From Eledone cirrhosa (Eukaryota), in assembly GCA_964016885.1 (NCBI GenBank), contig OZ024745.1:23064001-23128000 (forward strand): a DNA stretch of 64,000 bases, given 5' to 3'. The notes beneath the pieces were generated by a model. The model was given only the letters and a program-made list of their open reading frames with translations. It was not told the DNA's origin and did not search any database. Made by a program: the position numbers and the translations under genes. Below, in pieces: positions 57,938 through 64,000 of this stretch (the first letter of the stretch is position 1; each line of letters opens with the position of its first letter).

Positions 57938-59481
57938 GCGAAGAAATACCAATGAAGGTTGGAAGATCACTGATGAAGGACTAATTTTATTCATATGTAA
58001 CCCATGCGCAACCACGCAGCACGCCATTTTTCATATATTTATATTTTTTCCTCCGCTGCGACCTGTCTGTTTTTTTCTTACTGCTTCCCCTTTCCCTGTA
58101 TCTCTCACCTTCTTTTTGCCCCCTCTGCCAGTCACTCTCTCTCAGCTGGCCTCTTCCTCACCCTTTCACTCATTCACTCTCTGCTTCTCCCCCTCTCTCA
58201 CTTCCTCCCGTTTGACCTGTGTGAAATCCTTTTCTCGCTTACATCTCGCACAGGTTGGATGGTCTTTACCTCTCGTCTATGATTTCACCGAGCTTAAGTT
58301 CATAGATATCACGGACTTGTCTCTTCTCTTCCTCTCTTTCCGTTGCATTACCATAATTGTTTGTTTACATGTCTCGCTCGCTTCACCCTATTTTACGTGT
58401 CGCAATAACTTTCTTTAGTTATTGCTCGCACCAACCAGACGTATATGATCTTTAAAGCGAAGAAATACCAATGAAGGTTGGAAGATCACTGATGAAGGAC
58501 TAATTTTATTCTCACGTCGTGTAGACGCGTTCTTGAGACTAGTAAAATGAGGTATCCTCTTGATAAGTCGGCAGACCTCGCAAGGACTCTATATCTTTAT
58601 GATATATTGTTTCTGTTTATGCCACGAAACTACGTAGTCGAGGAATTTAGGAGCAGTTTAGGTATGATACATTTTATTACTAATTATATCTAAATGTTTC
58701 TTCTCTCTTCATAATGTATTTTTAACTCTGATACAGTCTGGTTCAGTCTGGTTCAACTGAATTGGTCTGTCCCAGTCATTCATTGAGCAACATCGGTGAA
58801 GTTGGCACCCTTAACTCACAGTTGGGTGCGGATGCATTCATGTATATATGTGTGTGTCCGCATGTATCTGTGTGTTTCTAAATATATTGTTAATAACTCC
58901 CTCTGGTCGAGCAATCTTTGAAGTGTGGGGACAGCTGGAAAGCTTCCATTACTCATACTTCTCGCCTTCTTCACCACCTCTTCTACGGCCTCGATATAAA
59001 TACCCCCTCCGCCTCCGTGGTATTTTCTCCGGGGTTATAAGAGGCTTAGCTCTGTTTCTCGACCGTTATATCGCGTGACTATCTCCCCCTCCGCCTTTTG
59101 GGATTCTTTCTCACGTCGTGTAGACGCGTTCTTGAGACTAGTAAAATGAGGTATCCTCTTGATAAGTCGGCAGACCTCGCAAGGACTCTATATCTTTATG
59201 ATATATTGTTTCTGTTTATGCCACGAAACTACGTAGTCGAGGAATTTAGGAGCAGTTTAGGTATGATACATTTTATTACTAATTATATCTAAATGTTTCT
59301 TCTCTCTTCATAATGTATTTTTAACTCTGATACTGGTTCAGTCTGGTTCAACTGAATTGGTCTGTCCCAGTCATTCATTGAGCAAAGCAACATCGGTGAA
59401 GTTGGCACTCTTAACTCACAGTTGGGTGCGGATGCATTCATGTATATATGTGTGTGTCCGCATGTATCTGTGTGTTTCTAA

Positions 59482-59487
<6 letters not shown>
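57938..59487 (+). mobile_element. Partial tandem pLTR-like array with a decayed HHR (~58485-58545)
   Basis: 57938-57992 repeated at 58457-58511; 58509-58888 repeated at ~59108-59488; CTGATGA-AGGA..TTCTT-GAGAC-TA-GTA. Confidence 0.55.
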
Positions 59488-59531
<44 letters not shown>

Positions 59532-59613
59532 CATACATATATACATATATATACATATATATACATACAAATACACACACATATATATACACGCACACAC
59601 ATATATATACACA

Positions 59614-59645
<32 letters not shown>

Positions 59646-59672
59646 TACACATGCATATGTATAAATATCTAT

Positions 59673-59727
<55 letters not shown>

Positions 59728-59840
59728 CATACATATACAAACATACACATACATACACAGACCTATACATAAATATACACATATATATACAGACATATAA
59801 CGCATATATACACACACATATACATATGTATATACATATA

Positions 59841-59882
<42 letters not shown>

Positions 59883-59948
59883 CACACGCGCGCATACACA
59901 CATACACACACACACACACAAATATATATACACACCCTCTCTCTCACG

Positions 59949-60046
<98 letters not shown>

Positions 60047-60151
60047 CATATATATATATATATATATACATACACACACATACACACATATACACACATA
60101 CTCATACACAGACATATATACAAACATATATATACACATATATACACACAT

Positions 60152-60264
<113 letters not shown>

Positions 60265-60269
60265 CAAAT

Positions 60270-60302
<33 letters not shown>

Positions 60303-60330
60303 CACACCTGCCCACACAACTATATACATA

Positions 60331-60419
<89 letters not shown>

Positions 60420-60435
60420 GCGCGCGCACACATAC

Positions 60436-60474
<39 letters not shown>

Positions 60475-60499
60475 CATATACATACATATACATACACAT

Positions 60500-60574
<75 letters not shown>

Positions 60575-60783
60575 CATATATATATATATACACATACACA
60601 TACACATACATATACATACACACACACATACACATAAACATACATACATACATACACATACATACATACATACATACATACATACACATGTATACACATA
60701 TATACATATATATACACATATATACACATATACACATACATATACATACATAAAAATACACACATAAAACACATATACACACA

Positions 60784-60847
<64 letters not shown>

Positions 60848-62799
60848 TACATATACACACATACAAACAAATATATACACATACAAATAAATAGGTACTC
60901 AATAAATATACGCATATACGCAGGCACATAAAGACACCTCTACAGGCAGAAAATGTAGATACGAAAGAGGTACTCACATAACCATAGTGGCCGTATTTCA
61001 GGTTGAGGGGGGTGGGGGTGGGGTGGGGGAGGAGGTAGGGGCAAATAGGGGGAGGTCGTTTTTAGCCATCGGGCTTTAACACTGGCTTTAAAGTGTTTGA
61101 AAGTTGCAAAGTTCTTGTGCATGCAGTTCGGGCAATGTTCAGAGAGTTTGTTCAGTAGCGGGCCCATGGCGAATAAAATTTCGTAGCTCTCTGAAATACA
61201 AAGGTCGCAGCCCTTGTGCCCTCCGTTGTAAGAGCGCGCTTTCTGGAGTATTTTCCAATTAAGCGTGAAGGGGGTGGAGTTCCTTTTGAGGTCCCAAACG
61301 TAGGAGGCGAGTGTTGTCTGATTTGATTTATCCGGTCTTCTGAAGGAGTGGGTATGGGCATACCAACGGGTCTTAAAGTTGTTGGAGGTCATGCCGATGT
61401 AAGTTTTTTTGCAATCCTCGGTGCCTGAGATGACATCGCATTTGTATACGATGTCATTTGTGAGGCATTTGTTTTCAAGTGGGCATGCTTCCTTATTTAG
61501 GCAATTACATAGAGCCCCAGTCCGGGGATTGGTTTCGGAGGTGGTTGGCTTATTTAGTTTAGAGTTGTGGTTGGCTATATTCCTAGCTAGGTTAGGTGTG
61601 GTGGAGTAAGACAGTCTTATAGTGTTCTTATTAAAGATGGTGTAGTACCTATGTTGTATGGGGAAGTGTAATTTCAGTAAAGTGAAGAAAATCCTAGCTA
61701 TCGGAGTAGATACCTCTCTATTGAAGGGAGGGTTGTACCAGCTAATCTGCCTATGTCTATTCCTCCTCTGCAATCTTGCGGTGGTTTCTAGGTAAGTTAT
61801 CTTATCTTTAAATCCGCTACGGGCTAGGGCGTCATTGTAGTAGGAGGCAGATGCATTAAAAATATCTTTGTTGGCGGAGAGGCCAGATATTCTAATAGAG
61901 ACGCTTTTTACTAGGTTATCAGTGATGTTTTGGGGGTGGTTTGAATTAACATTAATATATTTAAGGGACTCGTTAGGTTTGTGGTACGGGTAATAGAGGG
62001 AAGTATCTAGGTCGAGAGTGACATCTAAGAAGTTGGCCCTAGTCAAATTAGAATCTATAGTTATACTAAATCCTAGATTAGAGAAGAAAGAGCTTAAGTT
62101 TTTCCGAAACCCATCGGTGGTTCTGGGGCTAAACTTATGCAGGGCGAAGAGGCCGTCGTCTCGGTATAAACCTCCCGTTAGGCCGGTAAAGAGGTTCTTC
62201 AGGTTATGTAGGATGTACAGGCCCACAAGGTCGCTAATTTCAGCCGAGTCACTCGCCCCCATGCTAACGTCAAATGGGGTCTGAGATTTCTTGTTGATCC
62301 AGTAAGATCCATCGTGGTATAGAAAGGTCTTACGAGCGTGGAGGATAATAACTTGCTCAGCATCGGTAATGGTGGTAAAATTCCTGGCAAAGTTAATTGC
62401 GTCCTTCAGGAGGGGCTCCGAGATAGAGGCATAGTAGTTTTCTATGTCGAGTTGCAGGAAGCGAGTGTGGTGTTTATCGGGTAATTCTTGGAACCATGAT
62501 ATTGCCTCAGATGTTCTACTCCAGAGTGGAAGTGGTGAGGCTGCTCGCAATGATGGTAGAACTCTATCCAGGATCTTCTTACTAATAGAGCCGATGTCAG
62601 AACGAGTGGGGTTGATAAGTCTGACTGATGGTTTGTTGAGGAAATTTCCCTTATGGTCCTTCAGGGTAAAGTGCAGGGTCTTTACCCTTAAAGGTTCGGT
62701 TCGGTCATGTAATTTAAGGGACTTGGCGATTTCTTTTCCGGCCGCGTTTGTCTCAGTCAGTGCCCTCTCTATTACCTTTTTGTAGGTGGTCGTGATGGT

Positions 62800-63101
<302 letters not shown>

Positions 63102-64000
63102 TGCTAGAAATAGCAACTAAATACCGCTTCAGGCAACTTCACCACAGGATGTAAACAAGGGAACCATTACATAGTCATTAGACCTGCTAGATATAACAAC
63201 CAAATACCACTCCAACCAGCTTCTTCAGAAAGCTAACTAAGGAATCTTTTCATAGTCGTTAGACCTGTTAGAAATAGCAACCAAGTATCCCACACCTTAG
63301 TACCATATTCAAACTAAAATTCCAATCAGTCTGTCTGTGTCTGCCTATCTTTATGTCTGTCTGTTTGTCTGTTTGTCAGCCGGTCTTGTTCATTCTCAGA
63401 TGAAAGAACCAGAATACGTTACATTTATTATTCCACTCTTCGTATATATTAAACTTATTCCATACCACCACCACTTCCACCACCGCCACCACAACTCCAC
63501 CACCACCACTACCAACACCACCCTCCACTATCACCCCCACCCCACCCACACACACACACATACACACTCACACCACCACCACACCACCACCAACCCCACC
63601 ACAATCCTAACCCCACCAGTACCACCACCACCACCACAACTCCACCACCACCACTACCTGCCACCACCACCACCACCACCACCACCAACACCACCAACAC
63701 CACCAACCCCACCACCACCACTACCCCCCTAACCCAACCACTACCCCCACCCCACCCCACCCCACTACCACCACCAACCCCCACCCTCTCACAAGATGCT
63801 CTAGATAGCCAATAACCAATGTTACATGACTACCACATTTTCCAGGCGGTTCCTCTAAGACTCAATAGATTATAGGACTTAGACTTAACCTAACCTTTCT
63901 ATATTTATGTCTATAGTTTACTCTAAACTTCTTAGTCTCAAGCCTGAGATCTTAGTAAGGGGTGGTTGGTGACTGGGTGGTTGGGGGTGGCAGATTAATG

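Overview
AT-rich, microsatellite-saturated eukaryotic non-genic (intergenic or intronic) DNA. The SINE types and (TA)n/(CA)n density suggest a cephalopod such as Octopus, which is an inference. No host gene is confidently identifiable, and most ORFs in the track are simple-repeat artefacts. The window is dominated by Penelope-like retroelements (PLEs). These comprise two Neptune-like families (RT + Cys linker + GIY-YIG; 14650-15806 +, 18900-21690 -, 23758-26368 +) and Hydra-like elements with a CxCx5C linker (1282-2872 -, 60880-62921 -). Also present are an RTE LINE, 3' fragments of Tx1, RTE and CRE LINEs, many tRNA-derived SINEs, mariner/hAT MITEs, non-autonomous Helitrons and minisatellites. 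The most striking hidden layer, read by eye, is about 20 minimal type-I hammerhead ribozyme (HHR) motifs from at least 10 unrelated sequence families. Most sit in 130-500 bp islands inside (TA)n tracts, often as fold-back palindromes. They include core variants (a compensatory U3-A8 form and a U4C form), very long stem II forms and a recurrent non-canonical 10.1-11.1 position. A short motif, TATTGAGTAC, recurs about 40-55 nt from the (TA)n junction in several unrelated islands. One multi-copy fold-back family has no recognisable HHR core. All folds and alignments were done by eye and boundaries are approximate.
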